From: an uncultured Coxiellaceae bacterium
Lineage (GTDB): Bacteria; Pseudomonadota; Gammaproteobacteria; DSM-16500
Reading direction: 5' to 3'
NCBI GenBank assembly: GCA_964648015.1
Contig: CAZYKO010000004.1
Span: 101,208-165,207, forward strand
Length of the DNA: 64,000 bases
The notes under the pieces were generated by a model. It did no database searches, was not told the origin of the DNA, and saw only the letters and a list, made by a program, of their open reading frames with translations. Positions 1 to 9,492 of the stretch are shown piece by piece. Position numbers and translations under genes: made by a program. Position 1 is the stretch's first letter, and each line of letters starts with the position of its first letter.

Positions 1-2
1 CC

Positions 3-1217
3 ATGTTAGTGGGGGGATTGTGGACGATTCTAACCCTCATTAAGCCAGTGGTGAATAGTATGGCAGCGTCTTTTGCTTCCTTACGCGATATTCGCTTGGG
101 CAAGAAGACCAAAGTATTGCGTACCGAACAAGATATTCCCATTAATTACGTCTTCATGGCGACTGGCTTATTGCTCGTGCCGATTTTCTTTTTAATGGCC
201 TTAGTCATTATTCCAGAAACGATGGGTATTTCCACCGGTGAACGCTATATCATCTCCGGTTTGAGTACCTTATATATCGTGCTCGGTGGATTTGTCTTTT
301 GTTCGGTGATGGCTTATTTTGCCGGTTTAATCGGTTCAACGAATAGCCCAGTATCTGGCTTACTGGTTTGTGCACTGTTAATCATTTGCTTGGTCTTCAT
401 CGTTGTGTTTCGTCATATGGGCTTAGATCCTACCTTAGTGCAAACGACGATTGGTCCAGTCGTGGCGATTGGGAGTATGGTTGTGATCGGGGCAGCGCTC
501 TCCATATCCAATGATACGATGCAAGATTTGAAAGTGGGTCAAATCATGGGTGCGACTCCCTGGAAACAACAAGTCATGTTGATTTTGGGCGTGATTGTCT
601 CATCATTTGTGATTCCACCCATTTTACAATTACTTTATAACGCCTATGGGATCGGTGGGGTGTTTCCGCGTCCCGGCATGAATCCTGCGCAAATGCTCGC
701 AGCGCCGCAAGCGGGCTTGATGGCGACCGTGGCACAGGGTGCTTTTACGCATCATTTGGGTTGGGAAATGATTGGAGCTGGCGCCATTGTCGCGGTGATC
801 TGCATTATCATCGATGAGATCTTAAAACATCAATATAGCACCCGTTTACCTGTGTTGGCGGTGGGCTTGGGCATTTACTTGCCCCTAGATAGCTCGGTAC
901 CGGTGGTCATTGGTGGCTTACTCGTCTGGATTGCGGAGACACGTTTAAAATCCTTATTCAAACGTGGCAGTGAACAAGCGGAAACGCATATTCAGCAACA
1001 CCGCCATCGTGGGTTACTCATGACCTGCGGTATCGTTGCTGGTGCCTCGCTCATGGGGGTGGTGTTAGCGATACCATTCGCGTTGAAAGAAAGTTCTGAT
1101 GCCTTACGAATCATGCCTGCGGCGTTGATGCCATTTTCCGGTGTGTTGAGTTTGATCGTCACTTTTGCTTTGTGTGCTTGGATTTATCGCGTGGTGGTGG
1201 GTAAGCCAAGCATATAG
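3..1217 (+). CDS. OPT-family oligopeptide transporter, 5'-partial (ORF open at window start)
   Basis: The ORF runs from the window edge. It is a highly hydrophobic multi-helix protein whose sequence I recognise as OPT superfamily (recollection, no search run). Confidence 0.75.
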   Translation: MLVGGLWTILTLIKPVVNSMAASFASLRDIRLGKKTKVLRTEQDIPINYVFMATGLLLVPIFFLMALVIIPETMGISTGERYIISGLSTLYIVLGGFVFCSVMAYFAGLIGSTNSPVSGLLVCALLIICLVFIVVFRHMGLDPTLVQTTIGPVVAIGSMVVIGAALSISNDTMQDLKVGQIMGATPWKQQVMLILGVIVSSFVIPPILQLLYNAYGIGGVFPRPGMNPAQMLAAPQAGLMATVAQGAFTHHLGWEMIGAGAIVAVICIIIDEILKHQYSTRLPVLAVGLGIYLPLDSSVPVVIGGLLVWIAETRLKSLFKRGSEQAETHIQQHRHRGLLMTCGIVAGASLMGVVLAIPFALKESSDALRIMPAALMPFSGVLSLIVTFALCAWIYRVVVGKPSI

Positions 1218-1242
1218 ATTTGATGCTGAATGCCGGGTGCAT

Positions 1243-1267
1243 GGCTGTCTCCTTAGGTGAGACAGCC
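1243..1267 (+). terminator. Perfect 9-bp stem-loop downstream of the OPT gene (possible terminator, no U-tract)
   Basis: The sequence ggctgtctc-cttaggt-gagacagcc lies 26 nt after the stop codon. No T-run follows it, so the call is weak. Confidence 0.3.
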
Positions 1268-1356
1268 CACTTAGCCGTTGCCGGACGGGGGGTCGGTTCA
1301 CTACCCTCAGCGCAAACATGGTAGAATAAACCATCAATGGACTGGAATGCGATCCT

Positions 1357-2754
1357 ATGGATTACTTAGAAAATCGCACCTTCGATGAAATTCAAATTGG
1401 TGATAGTGCAAGTCTCACCAGAACCCTTACTGAAAAAGATATTCAGGTCTTCGCCATTATGTCTGGCGATATCAATCCTGCGCATGTGGATATTGAATAT
1501 GCGCAAAGCGATATGTTTCACAAAATCATTGGTCACGGTATGTGGGGGGTCGCGTTGATCTCCACTGTGCTCGGGACTCAACTTCCCGGGCCTGGTACCA
1601 TCTATGTGGGACAAACCATTCGTTTTAAAAAACCTGTCACTATTGGTGACACCATCACGGTGATTGTGACGGCGAAGGAAAAAATCCCAGAGAAAAAGCG
1701 TGTCATCTTTGGCTGTGAATGTAAAAACCAGAGGGATGAAATTGTGGTCGAAGGTCAAGCGGAAGTCATTGCGCCGGATAAAAAAATTCGACGCTTGAAA
1801 ACAGTATTGCCGGAAATTAGCTTACGTCGACGGCATTCATTATTCGATGAGTATGTCACCAGGGCACAAGCGCTGGGTAAACTACATGCCGGTGTCATTA
1901 ATCCTATTCATGAAAAAATTATCATTGCAGTGCATGAAGCAGTACAAGCAGGATTTATAGAACCGATCTTGATTGGCCCTAAAGCACGTATTTTACACGC
2001 GGCTTCATTGGCTAATTTAGATGTGAGTTCGTATGAAATCATCGATATCGAACATAGCCACGTGGCGATCAAAAAATCGATAGACATGGCGCGTCAAGGA
2101 GACATCGATTTAATCATCCGTGGTGGTGCGATTAGTGAAGATCTCATACGCGCGATGCAAAAACCAGGCAAGGGACTCATGACAGAACGCTACATGAGTT
2201 ATGCATTGGTGTTGGATGTGCCCGCCTATCCCAAGTCGTTGATTATGTCAGATACACTGATCAATGCTGACCCCACTTTGGATGTCAAACGTGGCATCAC
2301 GCAAAACGCCATTCATTTTGCCAAGGCGTTGGGTATTGATCATCCCAAAGTAGCTATCTTAGCCGGCTCAGACTTGGTGAGTGATACCATGCGCTCGACA
2401 GTGGATGCTGCCGCTTTGTGTAAGATGGCGGAACGAAATCAAATACACGGTGGCATTTTAGATGGCCCACTCACACTCGATAATGTCATTTCGCAAGAAG
2501 TCGCTCGATCGAAAGGGATACATTCTCCCGTGATTGGTGATGCCGATATTTTAATTGTGCCAAATGTGGAGACGGGTAATATGCTGGCCGAGCAATTGCA
2601 ATATTTGGCGGAATCACGGAGTGCTGGGTTAGTGTTAGGCGCACGTGTGCCGGTACTGATGAGCCATATCAGTAACATCCATCTAAGTACGGTATCTTGC
2701 GCGCTGGCATTACTCAATAATCATTACCGCGATCAGGAACGCGAGATCGCTTAA
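1357..2754 (+). CDS. Bifunctional MaoC-like (R)-specific enoyl-CoA hydratase / phosphate acetyl-butyryl transferase (PTA_PTB) fusion
   Basis: The N-terminal ~150 aa has a hot-dog MaoC signature (SGDINPAHVD...HGMW). The C-terminal ~300 aa resembles phosphotransacylases (GGILDGPL..D, VPNVETGNM). Confidence 0.8.
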   Translation: MDYLENRTFDEIQIGDSASLTRTLTEKDIQVFAIMSGDINPAHVDIEYAQSDMFHKIIGHGMWGVALISTVLGTQLPGPGTIYVGQTIRFKKPVTIGDTITVIVTAKEKIPEKKRVIFGCECKNQRDEIVVEGQAEVIAPDKKIRRLKTVLPEISLRRRHSLFDEYVTRAQALGKLHAGVINPIHEKIIIAVHEAVQAGFIEPILIGPKARILHAASLANLDVSSYEIIDIEHSHVAIKKSIDMARQGDIDLIIRGGAISEDLIRAMQKPGKGLMTERYMSYALVLDVPAYPKSLIMSDTLINADPTLDVKRGITQNAIHFAKALGIDHPKVAILAGSDLVSDTMRSTVDAAALCKMAERNQIHGGILDGPLTLDNVISQEVARSKGIHSPVIGDADILIVPNVETGNMLAEQLQYLAESRSAGLVLGARVPVLMSHISNIHLSTVSCALALLNNHYRDQEREIA

Positions 2755-2764
2755 GGAGCAAAAG

Positions 2765-3220
2765 ATGACTAAGGAAAAAATCGCATTTGATTGGCAAGAA
2801 ATATGGATGCAACAAAGCAAAGCGTTTTTTGAAGCAGCAGAAAAAAATTTCAAAGAGTTCTGCGATCAAAAAGCATTCGTTAATCCTGAAGACAATATGC
2901 AGCAAATCAATGCTTGGATGGAAAAACTCAAAGAAAGCTGGCAGTTTTCTACATTGAGTCCAGAACAGCAAGCGTATCAGACGTATTGGCAGATGATGGC
3001 GAACATGTATAACGAAGCAGCGGATTTGATGCTGAACCAATGGATGAAGCGTACACAAGAAAAAGATCCGATTAAGAATTGGCGCGAATTGTATGAGCTG
3101 TGGTTGAACGCTTGTCAGGAAATCTATCAAAAAACCTTGAAAACACAAGCTTATCAATCAGCTTATGGCGATTTTATGAATGCTGCGATTAAGTTTTGGC
3201 AAACGACTTTGAATAAATGA
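2765..3220 (+). CDS. Small Trp-rich PhaE-like subunit or phasin associated with class III PHA synthase
   Basis: Its stop overlaps the start of phaC (ATGA). It is a W/Q-rich helical protein reminiscent of the PHA_synth_III_E N-terminal region. At 151 aa it is much shorter than canonical PhaE. Confidence 0.45.
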   Translation: MTKEKIAFDWQEIWMQQSKAFFEAAEKNFKEFCDQKAFVNPEDNMQQINAWMEKLKESWQFSTLSPEQQAYQTYWQMMANMYNEAADLMLNQWMKRTQEKDPIKNWRELYELWLNACQEIYQKTLKTQAYQSAYGDFMNAAIKFWQTTLNK

Positions 3221-4374
3221 CCATGCATACGCGATTGCCTGGGCAAGCGTCTATTACTGCAGCTGACATGCTCACTGAGCAAGTCCAGTATATGAGTCAG
3301 TGTGCGGCAGGCGCACTCGCCTTGCAGCAAGTACCGTTATTAGCCTATCAGTATAATCCGCGCGAACTAGTGTACGCGTTAGATAAGGTGAAGCTGTACC
3401 ATTATCGTGCGCATGTCCCCAATCCTTTAGCGACACCCGTATTAGTTGTTTTTGCCACAGTGAATAGACCTGAAATTTTAGATTTGTTTCCTGAAACGTC
3501 ATTTATTGGTGGTTTATTAAAAAATGGGATGGATGTTTATTTGTTGGATTGGGGATATCCTGACTATCATGATCGTCAAATATCATTTCAACGTTATGTG
3601 ACTCATTATTTACATAGCTGTGTGAAGCATATCGCAGCAGCAACGCCCGCGCATAAAATCAATTTGTTGGGTATTTGCCAAGGTGGTTTGATGTGCTTAT
3701 GCTATGCGACGCTGTCTCCTTATCTTAAAAATCTCGTCTTAATTTCAACGCCGGTTGATTTTCATACGCAGGATAATACGGTCGCACAGTTTTTAAATAC
3801 CATTGATATGGCACGCTTAACGAAAGTATTTGGGAATGTGCCGGGATCATGGCTGACGCAATTTTTCATTTCATTGCGTCCTTTTGAGTTAATCGGTAAA
3901 AAATATCTGCGCTTTGTTGATAACATCAATGATCAAAGCGCCACTGATCGCTTTCTACGTGTGGAAAAGTGGTTGAATGATGCACCTGATCAAGCGGGCC
4001 GTGCCTTCAGAGAATTAGCAAAACACTTTTATCGTGATAATAAATTGGTGAAAGGTGAAATTAAACTGGGAAATCATGCGGTATCATTAGGCGCACTGCA
4101 AGTACCCGTATTGAACGTGATGGCAAGTCAAGATGAGATCGTACCAATGAGTGCATCACAAGTATTGAAAAATTACGTGCAGCCAAAATTGTATAGCGAA
4201 CAGGTTTACCCAAGTGGCCACATTGGGATTTATGTCAGTGACAAGGTGGGTGGGCGTATGTCACAAGGCATCGCTCAATGGCTGTCTGATAAAGAACGCG
4301 CACCAAAATCCAAAGTGAAGATGATGCCCTTCGAGACGGCCGCTGCGCGACCTCCTCAGGGCGAACGGGATTAA
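3217..4374 (+). CDS. phaC: Class III-type poly(R)-hydroxyalkanoate synthase PhaC
   Basis: It has an alpha/beta-hydrolase fold with the lipase-box variant GICQGG (G-x-C-x-G) and class III size. The last ~18 codons (PFETAAARPPQGERD) are encoded by an intergenic repeat element. Confidence 0.8.
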   Translation: MTMHTRLPGQASITAADMLTEQVQYMSQCAAGALALQQVPLLAYQYNPRELVYALDKVKLYHYRAHVPNPLATPVLVVFATVNRPEILDLFPETSFIGGLLKNGMDVYLLDWGYPDYHDRQISFQRYVTHYLHSCVKHIAAATPAHKINLLGICQGGLMCLCYATLSPYLKNLVLISTPVDFHTQDNTVAQFLNTIDMARLTKVFGNVPGSWLTQFFISLRPFELIGKKYLRFVDNINDQSATDRFLRVEKWLNDAPDQAGRAFRELAKHFYRDNKLVKGEIKLGNHAVSLGALQVPVLNVMASQDEIVPMSASQVLKNYVQPKLYSEQVYPSGHIGIYVSDKVGGRMSQGIAQWLSDKERAPKSKVKMMPFETAAARPPQGERD

Positions 4375-4638
4375 ATAGTTCGGTGACACCAAGTTTAGTA
4401 GGTTGGTCACCCTTCGAGACAGCGCTACGCGCTTCCTCAGGGCGAACGGGTTTGGTCGAGACGGCCGCTGCGCGACCTCCTCAGGGCGAACGGGATTAAA
4501 TAGTTCGGTGACACCAAGTTTAGTAGGTTGGTCACCCTTCGAGACAGCGCTACGCGCTTCCTCAGGGCGAACGGGTTTGGTCGAGACGGCCGCTGTGCGG
4601 CCTCCTCAGGGCGAACGGGATTAAATAGTTCGGTGACA
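4327..4638. repeat. Tandem array (2.5 x 125 bp) of GC-rich palindromic family-A elements (core ttcgagacNgcNct..cctcagggcgaacggg)
   Basis: The string tcgagacggccgctg(c/t)gcg(a/g)cctcc recurs at 4331, 4456 and 4581, exactly 125 bp apart. Each unit holds two related ~40-nt cores. The array lies between convergent phaC and parC. Confidence 0.9.
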
Positions 4639-4650
4639 AACCGGTTCGCC

Positions 4651-6891
4651 TTAACTATCTGCTTTGCCCAAGGCTTTCACACTGCGACAACCACGTGGTA
4701 ACTTGTGGCCGCGTAAGCTGCGAGCACCGATAAAGTTTTTCCAATCATTGGGTTTGATTTTAAATGGTTTACCATCCCCAATAATCAATAGGTGTTGATT
4801 GGCGGTTAACACCGTCATACCGACCGCATACTCTTCGCGTGTTGCTACTTTGCTGCTTGGGATGCTGATCATCTTGTTGCCTTTACCCTTGGCGAGCTGC
4901 GGGAGCTCTTTTAACGGGAAGATGAGTAAGTGTGCGGTATTCGTGACGATGGCGAGATATTCTTTCGCCATATCGTTAATCAATTGTGGCGTCAATGCGC
5001 GAGAACCTTTGGGGACGGACAGCGCCGCTTTACCCGCTCGATTTTTGCCGTGCAATTCACCGATCTGGGTGATGAAGCCATAACCCGCATCTGAGGCTAA
5101 TACACAAAATTGTTCGGGTTCGCCCATGAGTGTGGCGATGAATTCTGCACCCGGCGGTGGATTTAATTTACCCGTGAGCGGCTCCCCTTGTCCACGTGCG
5201 GATGGTAGCGTGTGCGCAGGTAAAGAATATACCCGTCCGGTTGAATCGAGGAAAATCGCAGGCATATTGCTGCGACCGGCAGCGGCTGATTGGAAATGGT
5301 CGCCCGCTTTATAATTTAAGCTAGTAGGGTCAATCTCGTGACCTTTGGCAGCCCGTACCCAGCCTTTGTTGGATAAAACAACGGTGAGGGCTTCAGTAGG
5401 TAGAATTTCAGTTTCTTTCATGGCTTGTGCTTCTTTGCGTGCCACAATCGGAGAGCGACGTTTATCCCCAAACTTATCAGCAAGCAAAGTGAGCTCATCG
5501 CGAATCACTTTTTTCAAGCGCGCTGGTGACTTAAGCGTTTTTTCGATCTCCTCACCTTCTTTGCTGAGGGCATCTTTTTCACTACGAATTTGTATTTCTT
5601 CGAGTTTAGCTAAGTGACGTAATCGAGTGTCTAAGATGGCATCCGCTTGTATGTCGCTTAATTTGAAGCGTTTGATGAGTATCGCTTTAGGTGCATCTTC
5701 TTGGCGGATGATACGTATGACTTCATCTAGATTGAGATAAGCAATAATTAAACCATCTAAGATGTGTAAACGTCTCGTGATAGCATCTAAACGATATTGT
5801 AAACGACGGCGTACGGTCGTGGTGCGAAATTCCAACCATTCACTGAGAATTTGCAGCAAGTTCTTGACTTGGGGCCGACCATTTAAACCGATCATATTGA
5901 AATTAACGCGATACGTGCGCTCAAGATCTGTGGTGGCAAACAAGTGGTCCATTAATGCTTCGATGTCGACACGATTGGATCGTGGCACAATCACTAAACG
6001 CGTTGGGTTTTCATGATCGGATTCATCACGCAAGTCGGACACCAGCGGAAGTTTTTTATCCTGCATTTGCTGGGCGATTTGTTCTAATATTTTACCACCG
6101 GATACTTGGTGAGGGATGGCTGAGATCACGATCTCGTCATTTTCCTCAGTATACACCGCACGCATGCGCACGGAGCCATTCCCAGTACGATAGATATTTC
6201 GTAAGTCTGCTTTGGGCGTGATGATTTCTGCTTCTGTAGGATAATCGGGTGCTGGGACATAAGCGCAGACTTCAGCGAGCGTGGCGTCAGGGTGATCAAT
6301 TAGGTGGGTCACCGCTTTAACCACTTCACGTAAATTATGTGGCGGAATATCAGTCGCCATCCCCACAGCGATACCGGTGGTACCGTTTAACAGAACATTT
6401 GGCAGCTGCGCTGGCAAAAGATTAGGTTCACGCAGGGTGCCATCGAAATTGGGGACCCAATCGACGGTGCCAGCTTCCAATTCCGCTAATAACACGTCGG
6501 CATAAGCGGAAAGACGTGATTCAGTATAGCGCATCGCTGCAAAAGACTTAGGATCGTCTGGTGAGCCGAAATTGCCCTGCCCCTGAACTAAAGGATAGCG
6601 ATAGGAAAATGGTTGCGCCATCAACACCAGGGCTTCATAGCACGCCATATCGCCATGCGGGTGAAACTTACCCAAGACGTCACCAACGGTACGTGCGGAT
6701 TTCTTGAATTTTGAAATCGATTTCAGGCCCAGTTCCGACATGGCATAGATGATGCGCCGTTGGACGGGTTTGAGACCGTCGCCAATATGCGGCAACGCGC
6801 GATCTAAAATGACGTACATGGAGTAATCTAGGTATGCTTTCTCTGCATAGTCGCTGACTGGGATATGTTCGATGTTGTTTGCAATGGCCAT
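4651..6891 (-). CDS. parC: DNA topoisomerase IV subunit A
   Basis: The N-terminus ([32 protein letters not shown]) and the full-length GyrA/ParC architecture without the GyrA box fit ParC, and parE lies nearby. Confidence 0.93.
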   Translation of the reverse strand: MAIANNIEHIPVSDYAEKAYLDYSMYVILDRALPHIGDGLKPVQRRIIYAMSELGLKSISKFKKSARTVGDVLGKFHPHGDMACYEALVLMAQPFSYRYPLVQGQGNFGSPDDPKSFAAMRYTESRLSAYADVLLAELEAGTVDWVPNFDGTLREPNLLPAQLPNVLLNGTTGIAVGMATDIPPHNLREVVKAVTHLIDHPDATLAEVCAYVPAPDYPTEAEIITPKADLRNIYRTGNGSVRMRAVYTEENDEIVISAIPHQVSGGKILEQIAQQMQDKKLPLVSDLRDESDHENPTRLVIVPRSNRVDIEALMDHLFATTDLERTYRVNFNMIGLNGRPQVKNLLQILSEWLEFRTTTVRRRLQYRLDAITRRLHILDGLIIAYLNLDEVIRIIRQEDAPKAILIKRFKLSDIQADAILDTRLRHLAKLEEIQIRSEKDALSKEGEEIEKTLKSPARLKKVIRDELTLLADKFGDKRRSPIVARKEAQAMKETEILPTEALTVVLSNKGWVRAAKGHEIDPTSLNYKAGDHFQSAAAGRSNMPAIFLDSTGRVYSLPAHTLPSARGQGEPLTGKLNPPPGAEFIATLMGEPEQFCVLASDAGYGFITQIGELHGKNRAGKAALSVPKGSRALTPQLINDMAKEYLAIVTNTAHLLIFPLKELPQLAKGKGNKMISIPSSKVATREEYAVGMTVLTANQHLLIIGDGKPFKIKPNDWKNFIGARSLRGHKLPRGCRSVKALGKADS

Positions 6892-7049
6892 GATTTTCGT
6901 TACACCTTGATGCGTGAGCGCCTAAGTATATGCGGCTTAGAATGCATAAATCTAGATTTTCCACGAAAAAAGCTTTTCTTCACAGCAATAGCGTTACGGA
7001 TGGCACTCATCATGGGTTTGCTGTATAATAAAAGGACAGAGCGTTTGTT

Positions 7050-8798
7050 GTGACAAGGAGCCACATGAAAAGTCGATCGCTCGCCCAATCAGATGCAATC
7101 AGCAAAAATATTGCTGCCGATCGGCTTAAGCTATTAAATCAACATCTTTTCACGAGTGTCCCTGCGGCGATTATTTGTGCCAGTATCATCTTCATCAGTA
7201 TATATCGCATCATCAGTTTTCCATTGGCACTTAGTTGGTATATAGGCATCTTGTTGGTTTATCTGTTGCGCATTGGTTTTCAACTTTTTTATCAGTATCA
7301 ACCGTCCTATTTTCGGTTACATGAGCGATTATTTATTTTCGGAGTAGTATTAGCGGCTGCGATGTGGGGTGTCGCGGGCACGCTCCTGATGCCACCTGAC
7401 CATTACCAGGAACAAACGGTCATTATCGTGATTATTGCGGGTATCACAGCAGGGGCGTTGCAAACATTACAGTCGAGTTTAGTAGCAAGCGTCCTTTACA
7501 TTGTTTTGGCCATATTACCATTGGCTATTTGGTTGTTTTCCCGCCAATCGGCACTTTATTATTATCTCTCGTTTGCCATGTTCACTTATGGTTTTTTTAT
7601 ACTGACCGCAATGAAACGCGGTTATGAGTTAATTAATGCCACCCTGCGTTTACATTATGAGAATAGACAAATAAATTCTCAACTTGAAGAAACCAATAAG
7701 CAATTAATCAGAGAAGTCATTAAGCAACAACAAAATGCAAAATCACTTGCACAGTTAGCTGCCATTGTTGAATTTTCTGAAGATGCCATTATTGGTTTGG
7801 ATATACATGGTGTGATTCAAACATGGAATAAAGGTGCTGAATCTTTATATGGCTATCGTGAACAAGAAATGATTGGTCAGTCGATTGAGAAAATCACGCC
7901 AAAAGGGCAGTTTCCGATTATTGACACTATGTTGAAAAATGTTGCGAGCAACCACAGCCAGCAGTTGGAATTAGAAAGGCAGCACAAAAGAGGTTACCTC
8001 ATTCCCGTGTCAGTCACAATTTCTCCCATTAAAAATGAGCAACATCAAATCATTGGTATCTCATCGGTTGATCGTGATATTAGCGAACAAAAAGAAATGG
8101 TACGAATTAAAGATGAGTTTATTTCTATTGTGAGCCACGAATTACGTACGCCATTGACGTCAATTAAAGGTTCTTTGAGTTTACTTTTATCCGATGCAAA
8201 AAATACTTTAACTGGCAAACATCAACATTTAATTCAGATCGCGCATAATAATTGTGAGCGTCTTATTCGTTTAATCAACGATATTTTGGACGTTGAGAAA
8301 ATTGAGTCTGGTAAGTTAGTGCTGAATAACAAAGCAATTAACATCAAAGATTTAATTCAATTAGCCATTGAAGAAAACAAATCATATGCGGACAAATATC
8401 AAGTGCCTATTACATTTCTTCATCCTCAAGATGCTTGGGTGAATGGTGATTTTGATCGATTGATGCAAGTGATGACCAATCTGCTTTCCAATGCAGTGAA
8501 ATTTTCCTATCCGCATCATGCTGTGGAAGTGAGTATGACATTGCGAGATCAAACCGTCCGTATTGATGTCACTGATGAAGGTCCAGGCATTCCTTATGCC
8601 TACCAACAAAAAATATTCGAAAAATTTACTCAAGCCGATTCATCAGCGACACGTGCTAAAGGGGGCACGGGTCTAGGGCTCAGTATCACTAAAGCCATTA
8701 TTGAGGCGCATCACAGTCAAATTTATTTTGTGACTGAGGAAGGAAAAGGTACAACCTTTTATTTCAGCCTACCATTGTTAAGGGAGTGTCATGATTAA
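7050..8798 (+). CDS. Membrane-bound PAS-domain sensor histidine kinase (orphan, no adjacent response regulator)
   Basis: It has ~6 N-terminal TM helices, a coiled coil, a PAS domain, an H-box (SHELRTPLTSI) and a HATPase N/G-box region (GGTGLGLSI). The likely true start is the ATG at 7065, preceded by AAGGAG. Confidence 0.85.
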   Translation: MTRSHMKSRSLAQSDAISKNIAADRLKLLNQHLFTSVPAAIICASIIFISIYRIISFPLALSWYIGILLVYLLRIGFQLFYQYQPSYFRLHERLFIFGVVLAAAMWGVAGTLLMPPDHYQEQTVIIVIIAGITAGALQTLQSSLVASVLYIVLAILPLAIWLFSRQSALYYYLSFAMFTYGFFILTAMKRGYELINATLRLHYENRQINSQLEETNKQLIREVIKQQQNAKSLAQLAAIVEFSEDAIIGLDIHGVIQTWNKGAESLYGYREQEMIGQSIEKITPKGQFPIIDTMLKNVASNHSQQLELERQHKRGYLIPVSVTISPIKNEQHQIIGISSVDRDISEQKEMVRIKDEFISIVSHELRTPLTSIKGSLSLLLSDAKNTLTGKHQHLIQIAHNNCERLIRLINDILDVEKIESGKLVLNNKAINIKDLIQLAIEENKSYADKYQVPITFLHPQDAWVNGDFDRLMQVMTNLLSNAVKFSYPHHAVEVSMTLRDQTVRIDVTDEGPGIPYAYQQKIFEKFTQADSSATRAKGGTGLGLSITKAIIEAHHSQIYFVTEEGKGTTFYFSLPLLRECHD

Positions 8799-9492
8799 AT
8801 TATTTCAATTCCCAGGATTTTGGCACCTGCCGAATTTGAGCCCTTTCTGTATGAAAATCGAAACTTATCTACGTATGGCCAAATTACCCTATGAGGTGGT
8901 GACGGTAAGAGATCCAAGTAAAGCACCTAAAGGTAAATTGCCTTACATCGAAGATGATGGCATGACGATAGCAGATAGCGGTTTAATTGTGCGTTATTTA
9001 CAAGAAAAATATCCTAATGACATGGATGCAGGACTATCAGCGTTACAGCAAGCAGAGATGATTGCTATACAGCGTTTATTAGAAGAGCACCTTTATTGGA
9101 TTGTATTATATAGTCGCTGGATCGATGCGAATAATTGGAAAATCATGCGCGCGACCGTATTTGCTCGATTACCCGCTTATATGCGGCTATTTGTACCTGG
9201 ATTAGTGCAGCGTCGTATGCAACGTGCCTTGCATGAACAAGGCATCGGCAGGCATACGGCTGAGGAAATCATGGGGCTCGGCATCGAAGATTTAAGCGCA
9301 TTGCATGCCATACTAGAAGCACGTCGCTTTTTAGTGAGTGATCATCCAACGAGTATTGATGCGAGTGGTTATGCATTTCTTGCCAGTATTTTAGAAGCGC
9401 CTTTTCCTTCCCCATTACAATCGTACATGCGCGAATATCCAGCTTTTAGACGCTATTGCAATGAGATGCGTGAGCGATATTATTCGGAGTGA
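8791..9492 (+). CDS. Glutathione S-transferase-fold protein (metaxin/FAXC-like GST_N_4 type)
   Basis: The N-terminal thioredoxin-like segment (SPFCMKIETYLRMAKLPYE...GKLPYIEDDG) is typical of this GST subgroup. Its start overlaps the kinase stop by 8 nt. Confidence 0.6.
   Translation: MIKLFQFPGFWHLPNLSPFCMKIETYLRMAKLPYEVVTVRDPSKAPKGKLPYIEDDGMTIADSGLIVRYLQEKYPNDMDAGLSALQQAEMIAIQRLLEEHLYWIVLYSRWIDANNWKIMRATVFARLPAYMRLFVPGLVQRRMQRALHEQGIGRHTAEEIMGLGIEDLSALHAILEARRFLVSDHPTSIDASGYAFLASILEAPFPSPLQSYMREYPAFRRYCNEMRERYYSE

Noticed and set aside
4403-4624. 73-aa ORF (plus strand) between phaC and parC
   Set aside because: It lies entirely inside the 125-bp tandem repeat array. Its sequence is just the translation of repeated palindromic cores (..FETALRASSGRTG..PPQGERD), with no start context.
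4327-4638. Possible CRISPR array
   Set aside because: The period is 125 bp and the whole unit is repeated, including the would-be spacers. There are no unique spacers and no cas genes, so it is a tandem REP-like array and not a CRISPR.
4799-6221. Several 60-94-aa plus-strand ORFs inside parC, with similar antisense ORFs inside parE, the MMPL gene, gabD, the ALDH7-type gene and priA
   Set aside because: They are antisense to strongly supported long genes, have no independent signatures and have odd composition. I treat them as shadow ORFs.
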